Position numbers and translations under genes: made by a program. The notes under the pieces are model-generated. The model was not told the DNA's origin. It did not search any database and saw nothing but the letters and a program-made list of their open reading frames with translations. Shown one piece after another: positions 19,195 to 29,310 of a DNA stretch of 64,000 bases. This DNA comes from an uncultured bacterium (GTDB taxonomy: Bacteria > Acidobacteriota > HRBIN11 > JAKEFK01): NCBI GenBank assembly GCA_963777505.1, contig CAVZQN010000004.1:1440001-1504000 (forward strand), read 5' to 3'. Within the stretch, counting starts at the first letter, position 1. Each line of letters begins with the position of its first letter.

Positions 19195-22098
19195 ATGCAT
19201 CAAGCATTCCGCATATCAGTGTTCACTCTGATTCTTCTGGCTGGATTCGGCTTCAAATCTATTGTTCAATCCGACGGAAAAAGGGACGGTCGTCGTGCAT
19301 TGCTTGAAGATCGTGATCGTTTCAAATATCTTTCTCAAGCCGCACAGAATCTGTTACAAAAAAGATTCGGACCTAAACCAGCGGGAAAAATTTCACCCCT
19401 TCGGAATCCCGAATCTCCACTGATTGCGCCAGCAAATGTTCTTGTGAACAATCCAGCTGCCGACATCTCTTCTCAGGATACTCAAAGCACAGCGGCAATT
19501 ACATTGGCTTCAGGGACGAATCTTGTAGTCGCATTTACAGATTCAGGTTCATTCACTGGAAACAACAATCACTTTTCAGGGTATTCCACTTCAGCCGATT
19601 CAGGCGAATCTTTCACGGATCGCGGAACACTTCCGGATCCAGGCGAGGGTGATTCCGGTTCACCAGTTCTTGCAAGAAATACAACGAATGGGACAATTTA
19701 TTTATCAACTCTTGGATTTCTTTCAGGCGAAATGATTCCTGTTTTTCGCTCGACCAACAATGGCGTAACTTTTAATGCGCCAATCAATGCGACGCCGGAT
19801 ATGTTGGCAAGCGGCGATTTTCTCGATAAACCATGGATGGCCGTTGATAATGGATCAGGAGCAGGACAAGGGAATGTTTATGTAGCTTGGAGACATTTTC
19901 CATTCAGCGGAAGCGGTTCAATACGATTCACAAGATCGACAGATGGCGGTTCAACATGGGGACCCAATCTGGGCACTGAAATTGTGCAGGCTACTACGGG
20001 CAGTGTTCAAGGTCCAAATGTTGTGGTTGGTTCCAATCATGATGTTTACGTGTTTTGGTTCGATCACATAACGGCGACCCGCCAAATCCGAGTTCGAAGG
20101 TCGACAGATCAGGGAAGCTCGTTCAATACTGCAGTAACTGTCACGAATCTCACAACGGCCGGAAATAACGGGAATCTCAACTTAAATGGCGGATTTACAA
20201 CAAATGCTTTCCCGCAAGCAGCGGTAAATCCCAAAACAATCATGTTTATGTGGTGTACAACGATGATGTTGCCGGAGTGGATAAGGCAAATATTTATTTG
20301 CGACGGTCGACAGATTCGGGAGCGACATGGGGAACTTCAACTCAGGTGAATGGCGACACAACAAGCAATGATCAATTTCATCCTGCGATCGCAGTGACTC
20401 CTGATGGTTCGCGAGTGCTCGTTTCCTGGTACGATCGGCGTAACGATATAGGCAATTCTAAAATCGAACGCTTCGGCAAAATTTATTCGGTCGATGGAGC
20501 AGGGAATCTTGTTTCGCTTGGTGAATTTCTTATTAGTTCCTCCAACTTTCCTGTTGCAGTCAATCAGGATCCTGAAGTTGTTCCAGGTTACATGGGTGAA
20601 TACGATCAGGCTGCAGCCGACAATATGTTCTTTTATATACCGTGGGGCGATAACCGCGATGGGAATAGTTTTCACTCAGAATCAACCCGATGTTCGATTT
20701 GCGAAAGTACCCGTAAATGGTCCTGGTTCGGTTTTGACTTTTTTCAGTTCAACGCTGGATGATTCATCGAAGGTAATAACAATGGCACTGTTGATCAGGA
20801 TGAATGTTTCAGCATCAGTGTTACTTTGCTCAATCAAGGCAATAGCACTGCTACCGGCATTACTTCTGTTTTGTCATCTTCAACACCTGGCGTAATGTTA
20901 CTCAACCCGATAGCACTTACGCGGACATTGCTGCTGGCACCACAGGCACAAATGTTCAGCCATTTGATGTGTACGACTTCTTCTGGATTTGATTGCGAAG
21001 GAACCGATATCGATTTTCTGCTCAGGGTTACTACTTCGGATGGAACATATCAGTTTCCATTTGTAGTCCGATCGGGAGGAATTGGATCTGAATTGCAATT
21101 CGATCTGAGCGCACCAGTGGAAATTCCAGATTTAGGATCAGTCGATATTCCACTGAGTAGCTTCGGGTTTTTCAGGAACACTTGGCAAAGTTCGAGCTTC
21201 AGTACAAATTCAACATACGGCCGATGCCGATCTGGATCTTTATTTGATCAGCCCCGATAACACGATCGTTGAACTTTCAACGGATAATGGGGCGTGTTCG
21301 GATAACTACGGAACGAATTGCGCGCCACAAACAAGCAGAACAACATTTGATGACGATGCTGCGAATTCGATTACGTCTCCAACTGTCAGCGCTCCATTTA
21401 CCGGAACTTTTAGACCGGAGGGACATCTTAGTGATTTCCGTGGAAAAACCGGAAGTGCTGTTAATGGAACATGGTTCCTTCGCGCAACTGATGACAGCGG
21501 AATCGATACTGGAATCGTAAATTGTTTCAGTTTATTTTTGGCGCCGGTTACTTGCGTTCCAGGAAGTGGAGCCTGCGCTCCCTCATGTTTGTTCTGTGAC
21601 AATTTTGAAGATGGCATTCTTGCGCCGAATTGGACCTACATAAAGTTATTCTGGAATGAAACTGGTGGAAATCTCATTGGGACACCTGTTAAGAAAAAAG
21701 CAATGGCGGTTGCAACACCTGCTTTTTCCGGATGTGTAAATTGTTCAGTAAAAACATCGATCATGACTTCCGGAGGTTCTGGCAATCGCATGTCACTTCT
21801 TGCATGGTTTGTGAATAATCAGAACTACGTTGAATTGATGATGAAGGAACAAAATGACAGATGGATCCTGCGACAACGTTCTGCCGGATCTGTTGTGGCA
21901 AAGAAGAATTTTCAGCAAACAATTGAACCGAATGTTAGCTATGAAGTTGAAGTGAATTACGATGGTGTCGATTTTGAAGTGATTGTCGATGGAGTATCCA
22001 TTTTTACTATGGTTCCCGGTGCCCCAGTCTTAAACGGCACAGTCGGATTCCAATCTCGTAATGGAACAGGCATGTTTGCGGAAATCGAAGTGAATTAA
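19195..22098 (+). CDS. Large secreted sialidase/BNR-repeat protein with proprotein-convertase P domain and shared 170-aa C-terminal domain; about 6 frameshifts
   Basis: Asp-boxes SADSGESF, STNNGVTF, STDGGSTW, STDQGSSF, STDSGATW; DKPWMAVD; P-domain QHTADADLDLYLISPDNT..NGTWFL. Fragments 19165..20349, 20250..20762, 20494..20895, 20826..21260 and 21244..22098 join by single-base shifts. Confidence 0.8.
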
Positions 22099-22120
22099 CC
22101 TGAATGATAAAATAAAACCT

Positions 22121-22639
22121 ATGAAACGGATCGATGAACTCCTCACCGATTACGCGGCTTATCACCAAACCCGTGGAAATGTGTTCTGCCATTTTGTTGG
22201 AATTCCGTTGATCATGTTTGGCATTTTCTCCATGTTGCAGCGTCTCCATTTTGGTTCTGTGGCAGGTATTCCTCTAACTGCTGCGGAAGTCTTAATATTT
22301 TTCGTTTCCGTTTACTACTTCACTCTTGATGTAAGAATCGCAGTTGGAATGTTCATTGCAACTGTCCTGATTGATTTTGCAGCCTTCGCTATTGGCGATT
22401 GGAAAATTGGTTTAGCTGCGTTTGTGATCGGTTGGATCTTTCAGGGTGTTGGACATGCTGCGTATGAAAAACGTTCGCCAGCATTCACAAAAAATCTACT
22501 GCACTTGCTGGTGGGGCCAATTTTTCTGGTGAATGAAGCATTTCATTTCAGGCCGGTAAAGGGACCGCAAGGGACCGCGGACGTCCCGTCTGCATCTGTC
22601 GCACTTAAGGAAGACCATCGAAGTCACGAAGCAATCTAA
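22121..22639 (+). CDS. DUF962/Mpo1-like membrane protein
   Basis: YAAYHQTRGNVFCHFVGIP, GWIFQGVGHAAYEKRSPAF. Confidence 0.92.
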   Translation: MKRIDELLTDYAAYHQTRGNVFCHFVGIPLIMFGIFSMLQRLHFGSVAGIPLTAAEVLIFFVSVYYFTLDVRIAVGMFIATVLIDFAAFAIGDWKIGLAAFVIGWIFQGVGHAAYEKRSPAFTKNLLHLLVGPIFLVNEAFHFRPVKGPQGTADVPSASVALKEDHRSHEAI

Positions 22640-22677
22640 AGTTTATACTTCGTTGTCCTTCGTGACTTCGTGGTTAC
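22571..22677. repeat. REP-like hairpin plus nonamer-repeat inverted pair at a convergent gene end
   Basis: GGGACCGCGGACGTCCCGTCTGC, then CCATCGAAGTCACGAAG ... CTTCGTGACTTCGTGG. Confidence 0.7.
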
Positions 22678-22688
22678 ATTTAAGCTCT

Positions 22689-25433
22689 TCAATCCGATCT
22701 TTTCTCTGGCACAATCTCTAACTCAATTCGGCTTCCATTCCGGATTACAACAATCTTTGTTGCATCTCCTGCCTTCATATCCTGAAGCGCATAAGTGTAG
22801 TCATAAATGTTTTCAACTTTTTTTCCGGCGAGTTCTACAACAACATCTCCCGATTGAATACCAGCTTTTTCCGCTGGACTCGCTTCGCGAACGCCTGTGA
22901 GTTTTACACCTTTCGTTTCTTCGGAATAATCAGGAATGGTTCCAAGATAAACCCGGAAGCCGCCGGTTGCGCTGGCTCTGGAAGGAGAGGATTTTACGCG
23001 GCTGAATTTTATGGCTTCATTTTGTTTTTGTAATTCTGCCATTAAGCGATAGACATAATTTGAAACCTGATTGAGCCCTTCATAATTCAAAGTCCGTGCA
23101 TCATCCTCAGGCCGGTGATACTGTGCATGAGCTCCGGTAAAAAAGAAAAGCACCGGAATATTATTGGAGTAGAAAACCATATGATCACTTGGGCCATATC
23201 CATCATCCTGAAATGTGATTTTCAGTTTTTCTGATCCCGCATTCAAAAGCATTTCCTTCCAGGATGGTGAAGTGCCGGCACCGCCAACAACGAGTTTTCC
23301 ATCACGTAATCGTCCAACCATGTCAAGATTCAACATAGCCACAATATTCTTCAATGGAATGATTGGATTCTTTACAAAATAGCTTGAACCAAGCACACCT
23401 AATTCTTCGGCTCCAAATCCAGCAAAAAGAACGTTGTGAGTTAAAGTGTTGCGGTTTGCCGAAAGAATTCGTGCAAGTTCGAGGACAGCTGCGACTCCGG
23501 AAGCATTGTCGTCAGCGCCGTTGTGAATGTCTCCAGGTTTTTTCGCAAGCGATCCTTCGATGCCGGTACCAAGGTGATCGTAATGGGCGCCGATGATGAC
23601 GGTTTTGTCTGTTTGAGGTGGAGCTGGAAGCCAAGCCAGGACATTTTCGGATACAGCTTTCTCACGGATCAGTTGTGTTTGAAATGACAACTGAATTCCT
23701 GGAACTTCAAATGAAGCCGGTCCAGCATGCGGATTTTTCGGATCAGGAAATTGTTTTTGAGCCACCTCAAACCATCGATCGATGACGTTGCGTTTCACAT
23801 AAATCACTGAAAGTCCGGCAGTTCCCGGGTTCCTATCCAGACGCAGTTTTGGAAGTTTGTCATCGGAATCAACTACAACAAACAGCGCCGAAGCACCAGC
23901 TTCACGCGCGGTCATGGCTTTGTAACGAACAGAATAATATTGCGCAAATTGGTTTTTAGGATCGTTCCCTTCAGGTCCATAACGCAAAACGACTACCGCT
24001 TTTCCTTTTACATCCAGGTTGGAATAATCATCATGATTTAACGAGTCCGCCCGAATTCCATGTCCTGCGAAAACTACAGAAACATTATTAAACTTGCCAT
24101 CATCTGAAAAACCAGCAGGAACAAAATCCTTTTCCATATCATATTGAATCGTGCCGGTTGGAATTTGCGCCTGGAGATGATTGTTATTTCCGGCTTTAAC
24201 ACCTGAACTGAATTCGAATTCTTGAAAGTATGTGTTTGCTGCTGGAGGTGGAACTAAATCATATTGTTTGAATTCATCTGCAATATATTGGGCCGCTTTT
24301 TTCGCTTCTGTAGTTCCGGCCAGGCGTCCTTTCATTTCATCGGACGCAAGGATTTCAATATGACGCTTCAATCGAGGTGTCGATATTTCAGAATCTGAAG
24401 ATTGTATTTCTGACGGTGATTCAATCCAATCTGCAATAAAAATATTCGTTTCACCTTGAACTTTTGCGTTGCGATTTGATGCAAACACGAGCCTCTTGCC
24501 ATCAGGGCTGAACATCGGAAAGCCGTCAAAAGTTGGATTGTTCGTAATTTTGTTCAAACCAGTTCCATCGACATTGATGAGATACAAATCAAAATTACGT
24601 CCGGCCGAATCGTGTACATTAGAAGCAAAAATGATCCGTTTTCCGTCAGGATGAAAAAATGGAGCGAAGTTTGCTGCTCCGTTGTTTGTGACTTGCCGGA
24701 TATTTGTGCCATCGGCATTCATAACAAAAATTTCAAGCTTGCTTGGCCGTACAAGATGTTGTTTTAGAAGGTCACTATATTCCTTCAGTTCTTTTTCATC
24801 AGAAATTGGGTGAGCGCGATAAACAATCTGTTTAGAATCGGGTGAGAAGAATGCGCCTCCATCGTATCCTGGCGAATTTGTTAACCGGCGAATATTGGAG
24901 CCATCTGAATCCATCAAATAAAGTTCAAGGTCTCCATCGCGATCGCTTGTAAATACAATTGTTTTGCCATCGGGGCTGATTGTGGCTTCAGCATCATATC
25001 CATTTGAGGAAGCCATGGCCTGCAGTTCGCCAGAGGTTGCGGTGCTATAAATATCATACGATGGATATAGTGGCCAGACATACCCGCGGCTTCGATCAGC
25101 AGGAGGAGGGCAGGCCGGGGAAGAGACATGTGTCGATGAGTACAGAATCCGATTTCCATCGGGATAAAAATAACCGCATGTTGTTCTGCCAGTAGTGCTG
25201 ACCTGACGCAATCCTGTACCGTCAATATTCATGATGTACATCTGATCACAGGGATAACCGCTTCGAGTCGATTGAAAAATCAGCCTGTTGCCGTCACTTG
25301 AAAAATAAGCTTCGGCATTCTCTCCACCATCAGTGAGTTGCTTTATGTTTTTCAAGTTCGGTTCATCGGCGCAAAGGGGACGGAATCCTAAGACAAAAAT
25401 TATGATCCACAAAATAGTTTGTGTTTTATTCAT
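22689..25433 (-). CDS. PD40 (TolB-like) propeller + PA + M28 peptidase + PDZ
   Basis: Repeated FSPDGKxIVF units, IGAHYDHLG, GADDNASG, AEELG, SDH, YLGTIPDY..SPAEKAG. Confidence 0.93.
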   Translation of the reverse strand: MNKTQTILWIIIFVLGFRPLCADEPNLKNIKQLTDGGENAEAYFSSDGNRLIFQSTRSGYPCDQMYIMNIDGTGLRQVSTTGRTTCGYFYPDGNRILYSSTHVSSPACPPPADRSRGYVWPLYPSYDIYSTATSGELQAMASSNGYDAEATISPDGKTIVFTSDRDGDLELYLMDSDGSNIRRLTNSPGYDGGAFFSPDSKQIVYRAHPISDEKELKEYSDLLKQHLVRPSKLEIFVMNADGTNIRQVTNNGAANFAPFFHPDGKRIIFASNVHDSAGRNFDLYLINVDGTGLNKITNNPTFDGFPMFSPDGKRLVFASNRNAKVQGETNIFIADWIESPSEIQSSDSEISTPRLKRHIEILASDEMKGRLAGTTEAKKAAQYIADEFKQYDLVPPPAANTYFQEFEFSSGVKAGNNNHLQAQIPTGTIQYDMEKDFVPAGFSDDGKFNNVSVVFAGHGIRADSLNHDDYSNLDVKGKAVVVLRYGPEGNDPKNQFAQYYSVRYKAMTAREAGASALFVVVDSDDKLPKLRLDRNPGTAGLSVIYVKRNVIDRWFEVAQKQFPDPKNPHAGPASFEVPGIQLSFQTQLIREKAVSENVLAWLPAPPQTDKTVIIGAHYDHLGTGIEGSLAKKPGDIHNGADDNASGVAAVLELARILSANRNTLTHNVLFAGFGAEELGVLGSSYFVKNPIIPLKNIVAMLNLDMVGRLRDGKLVVGGAGTSPSWKEMLLNAGSEKLKITFQDDGYGPSDHMVFYSNNIPVLFFFTGAHAQYHRPEDDARTLNYEGLNQVSNYVYRLMAELQKQNEAIKFSRVKSSPSRASATGGFRVYLGTIPDYSEETKGVKLTGVREASPAEKAGIQSGDVVVELAGKKVENIYDYTYALQDMKAGDATKIVVIRNGSRIELEIVPEKRSD

Positions 25434-25446
25434 TTTGAACTTGCGG

Positions 25447-26394
25447 TTATTGCAGCTGATTACATTTGGGGCAAATCTTTGTGTAACGAGGTAGTGGACG
25501 ACTGCAGTTCCAACAGGTCAGTGTCGGAGTCGTAGTCCTTGACAGGATCCTGTTCCGGATCTCAGTTTTTTCATTGTGATCCTGAGACGTACCAAGGAAA
25601 AACTGGATTGCCTGCGATAACTCGAAGCAGGAACCATATCTTGTGTCCAAATCCTTCGCGAATGCGCGCATCACAATATTATTAAGATCCTTGGGCACAT
25701 CTTTGTTGATCAAACGAGGCGGTGTGCATTTGCCTTCCAAAATGAGTTGTTCTATTTTTGCAGGATTCACATCGTAATACGGAACCTGACCCGTTAGCAT
25801 TTCATACAGGATGATTCCAACGGAATACACATCACTTGCATAGACCGCCTTTCCTTTGAAGTGTTCAGGAGACATATAGGGTGGAGTTCCGATAATTGTT
25901 TTCGCATAAGGAATTTTTTCAAGAATCGCTGCCACACCAAAATCTCCTACTTTCAGCAAGCCGTTTTTGGAGACAAGAATGTTTGCCGGACGTAGATCGC
26001 GATGGAGAACCTGTTGTGAATGCGCATAATCCAGCGCTTCGCAGATCTGTAATATATAGCGACATGCAATCTTGTGAGGCAATGTTTTTTCGCGTTCAAG
26101 CAGATTTTCAAGTGATTCGCCTTCTATATATTCCATCACAAAGAAAAAGAGGTCGGTTTCTTTTTCAGCTGAAAGGATTCCAATGATGTTTGGATGATTC
26201 AAGCGTGCGAGCATGCGGGGCTCTTTTAGTAAATGCTCCAGATCATAATTTTGATAATGGGGGATTTTAAGCGCTACGAGTTTATCGATCCATTGATCGC
26301 GAGCCAGATAGACAGATGCAAAACCACCGGTGCCAAGGGAATCAAGTACTTCATATTTCCCTAGTTGTTGTCCGCGGAATAGCACCTGTGCCAT
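25447..26394 (-). CDS. Hanks-type Ser/Thr protein kinase with C-terminal zinc ribbon
   Basis: LGTGGFASV, VALK, HRDLRPAN, DFG, GTPPYMSPE, CWNC..CPKC. Confidence 0.93.
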   Translation of the reverse strand: MAQVLFRGQQLGKYEVLDSLGTGGFASVYLARDQWIDKLVALKIPHYQNYDLEHLLKEPRMLARLNHPNIIGILSAEKETDLFFFVMEYIEGESLENLLEREKTLPHKIACRYILQICEALDYAHSQQVLHRDLRPANILVSKNGLLKVGDFGVAAILEKIPYAKTIIGTPPYMSPEHFKGKAVYASDVYSVGIILYEMLTGQVPYYDVNPAKIEQLILEGKCTPPRLINKDVPKDLNNIVMRAFAKDLDTRYGSCFELSQAIQFFLGTSQDHNEKTEIRNRILSRTTTPTLTCWNCSRPLPRYTKICPKCNQLQ

Positions 26395-26395
26395 G

Positions 26396-26989
26396 TTAAA
26401 CAGCGGACTCCAGCCGTTTTAATTCTCTTTGGGTGTAAATAATTCTGTCGATAATTGTGATGAACGATGTAATGGCCATCACCAAAAGACAGATGGGGAC
26501 ACGATCCAGGAACAACCCGATGGCTAGCAAGAATACACGCTCAGGACGTTCCATAAACCCAATTTTGCATTTCGAAATGATGCACTCCGCACGTGCGCGT
26601 GTGTAACTTGTAATCATTGCACCGGCAAATGCTGCCATTGTAAGTAAAACGCAAGGCACATTTGAAATGATTGCATAATGGAGTAAGAGTCCTGTAAAAA
26701 TCACACCATCAGCAAAACGATCCATGACAGAATCAAGAAATGCGCCAAACCGGGTAGACATCCCTCTTTTCCGCGCGAGAATTCCGTCAAGCAAATCCGT
26801 CATGCTGACAGCCAGATAAAGCCATGCACCTAAGAAGAAACGCCCTTCCATCAAAATGTACGCGACTCCCGCATTCAGGAATACTCCTGTGACAGTAAGA
26901 ATATTTGGCGTCAGCCTTAGGAATGAAAGAAAATTAGCGATTTTTCCTAGCAGGTAATCTGTAACCGGCTGGATCGCTTTTGATACCAT
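26396..26989 (-). CDS. CDP-alcohol phosphatidyltransferase (PIP-synthase-like subgroup)
   Basis: DLLDGILAR..GAFLDSVMDR motif; SYTRARAE..GFMERPER. Confidence 0.92.
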   Translation of the reverse strand: MVSKAIQPVTDYLLGKIANFLSFLRLTPNILTVTGVFLNAGVAYILMEGRFFLGAWLYLAVSMTDLLDGILARKRGMSTRFGAFLDSVMDRFADGVIFTGLLLHYAIISNVPCVLLTMAAFAGAMITSYTRARAECIISKCKIGFMERPERVFLLAIGLFLDRVPICLLVMAITSFITIIDRIIYTQRELKRLESAV

Positions 26990-27095
26990 AAATGGACAGC
27001 AAATTGTACCACATCGATGTGCTTTTATGCCGCCGTATGATCGTTCTATCCCAATTTAGATGAAAGTTAAGTTCGGCGCATGGAATAATTGAAAT

Positions 27096-27563
27096 ATGAA
27101 ACTCATATTGATATTACTTCCCATAGTTGTTTTCGCTTTTTCATCTTTCGCTTTTAGTGAAGATGGAAAAGACTCTCAGCTGCTGGCTCTTCATCAAAAA
27201 GCTCTAGAGGCGCACATGAAAAGTGATATTGCGATGCTGCTTGAAGACGAATCAGAGGACTATGTCGTTGTAAGTAATGGTGAAGTTTCTTCGCCTACTA
27301 AAAAAGAGCGTGAAGCGTTTCTGGGTTCGTATTTACGTGCGACACGTTTTGAATCCTACAAAGATCTGATTCCACCGATCGTTCATTTATCGCCTGATGG
27401 AAAGCTGGGATGGGTGATTGCTCAAATTTCTGCAAAAGGTGTTCAAAAGAAAGCTGACGGCACGGACGGGAAGCTCGAGTTTGTTTGTGCCTGGATTGAA
27501 CTTTACGAAAATCGCAACGGTCGATGGTTTCGAACTGGCAACGTCTCGAATTTCAAGAAGTAG
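27096..27563 (+). CDS. Exported NTF2-like (DUF4440-type) protein
   Basis: Signal peptide, alpha/beta pattern ending YENRNGRWF. Confidence 0.7.
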   Translation: MKLILILLPIVVFAFSSFAFSEDGKDSQLLALHQKALEAHMKSDIAMLLEDESEDYVVVSNGEVSSPTKKEREAFLGSYLRATRFESYKDLIPPIVHLSPDGKLGWVIAQISAKGVQKKADGTDGKLEFVCAWIELYENRNGRWFRTGNVSNFKK

Positions 27564-27566
27564 TTT

Positions 27567-27640
27567 GTACCGCTGGCTTCTAGCCGGTTCCTAAAAATGA
27601 ACCGCAAAGACTCAAAGTGCCGGCAAGATGCCAGCCTTAC
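27567..27640. repeat. REP-like inverted doublet enclosing a nonamer-family repeat
   Basis: GTACCGCTGGCTTCTAGCCGG ... AACCGCAAAGACTCAAAG ... GCCGGCAAGATGCCAGCCTTAC. Confidence 0.7.
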
Positions 27641-27709
27641 AAATCGCTAGAACCTACTTGAAATCTTCAACGTATTGTATTAAGACATTAATACAAGTTG
27701 GAGGTCCAC

Positions 27710-29260
27710 ATGAGATGGGAATTTTCCTTACTGCTGCTATTTTTCTGCGCAAGTTTGAGTGCACAGGATCTTAGCGGAAGCTGGCTGGGCACCTTTCAGT
27801 TTTTGAATGCAGTTCATCCAATCCGTATCGAGTTAGAAAAGATTGACACAAGTTGGAAAGGATCAGCTGATCTCCTGTTGGATGGTATTCATGCTGCGGA
27901 GCTTAGTCCATTGAGGGTTGATGGAAATCGATTGGAATTCACGATTAAACTCGGCCAGGAAAGCCTCGCTTTTAGCGGCGGAAGCACGAAAGCTCAATCG
28001 ATTGATGGGAAAGTTGTTTCAGGTGAAAACAGCGGCGATTTTTATCTCACCAAAATTGCGAATATTTCGCCGGCAGAATTAAGCAAACTGTTCGGCGTAT
28101 ACAAGCTGGATAAGGATGAATATGTCTATCTGCGTACATGGGATGAACTCGGTTCAGGCCAGCTTACAGCATTTCACAGCGACGGAAGAATTCATGCGCT
28201 GTATCCACGGTCATCGACAAAATACTTTTCTGGGCCTGGACTGTTAATCCCTTCGCCTGAAACAAGTAGCTACTCATTTCAGAAAAACAGAATCGAATAT
28301 CGCGAAGGATTAAGCACAAAATCCGGCACGCGCATTGATGAGATTCGTGAAATCGAAATAGAAATCCCACATGGCAAAAGAAAAATTCATGGAAGTCTTG
28401 TTCTTCCTGAAGGCAAAGGACCCAACCCCGCGGTTGTGCTTGTTCATGGTTCTGGTGCCGTTAGTAGAGATTTTTTGGGCCCTATTGCGTATGTATTCGC
28501 GCAAAAAGGAATTGCTGCGCTGACCTATGACAAACGGAAAGATTGGATGGATTCAAGCTTTGAAGACCTTGCAGAAGATGCTGCCGCTGCATTTCGTTAC
28601 CTTCGCACGCGTTCTGAAATTGATTCCGCCAAAGTCGGTTATCTCGGAGCAAGTCAGGGAGGCTGGATTGCGCCACTTGCTGCTTCAAAGGAGCCAGGCG
28701 CCAGCTTTCTGATTCTATTTTCGGGTCCGTCAGTCACACCTGCTGAACACGAAGTCATGCGAACTCGCGAAGAAGCGAGAGTACAGGGAGCATCAGAGGA
28801 AGAAATCAAAAAAATAGTGGAAGGTTTACGTTCTCAACTGGCGGAACTGCGGAAAGAGGAAACTCGGGTTGAATTTGAAAAACAACTTGGTGAATGGAAA
28901 GCGGCCGGCAAATCAAAAGAACTTGAACAATCAGAAATTGGAAATCCGCGTTTCTTGCTGTGGTATCGAAGCATTATGGATTATGATCCTGTGCCTGTTT
29001 TGATTCGGACAAAAATTCCTGTGATGGCACTTTATGGTGAGCTCGATCTTGCAGTCCCTCCCCAAGAAAATATTGAGCCATTGAAAAAATATCTCAGCGA
29101 AGCCGGCAACAAGAATCTGCAGGTTCATGTTCTACCACGTGCAAATCACGTTTTATTGGATTCAGAAACTGGCGGCCGATCGGAATTCCCGCAGCTGAAA
29201 CGCTTTACTCCGGGCCTTTTTGCTTTGATAACAAATTGGATTTTGAAGCTACATTCTTAA
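27710..29260 (+). CDS. Exported alpha/beta hydrolase (S9/S15-like)
   Basis: VLVHGSG, GASQGG nucleophile elbow, GELDLAVP, ANH; ATG follows GGAGG. Confidence 0.9.
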   Translation: MRWEFSLLLLFFCASLSAQDLSGSWLGTFQFLNAVHPIRIELEKIDTSWKGSADLLLDGIHAAELSPLRVDGNRLEFTIKLGQESLAFSGGSTKAQSIDGKVVSGENSGDFYLTKIANISPAELSKLFGVYKLDKDEYVYLRTWDELGSGQLTAFHSDGRIHALYPRSSTKYFSGPGLLIPSPETSSYSFQKNRIEYREGLSTKSGTRIDEIREIEIEIPHGKRKIHGSLVLPEGKGPNPAVVLVHGSGAVSRDFLGPIAYVFAQKGIAALTYDKRKDWMDSSFEDLAEDAAAAFRYLRTRSEIDSAKVGYLGASQGGWIAPLAASKEPGASFLILFSGPSVTPAEHEVMRTREEARVQGASEEEIKKIVEGLRSQLAELRKEETRVEFEKQLGEWKAAGKSKELEQSEIGNPRFLLWYRSIMDYDPVPVLIRTKIPVMALYGELDLAVPPQENIEPLKKYLSEAGNKNLQVHVLPRANHVLLDSETGGRSEFPQLKRFTPGLFALITNWILKLHS

Positions 29261-29268
29261 CAATCAAA

Positions 29269-29293
29269 AAGGGCGGGTTCAACACCCGCCCTT
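29269..29293. terminator. Hairpin between convergent genes, intrinsic terminator (U-tail on minus strand)
   Basis: AAAAAGGGCGGGT-TCAAC-ACCCGCCCTT. Confidence 0.8.
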
Positions 29294-29310
29294 GCTCGCA
29301 CTTCATATTT

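Noticed and set aside
22689-25433. Calling the PD40 protein TolB
   Set aside because: No tol-pal context, and the propeller is fused to an M28-PDZ peptidase
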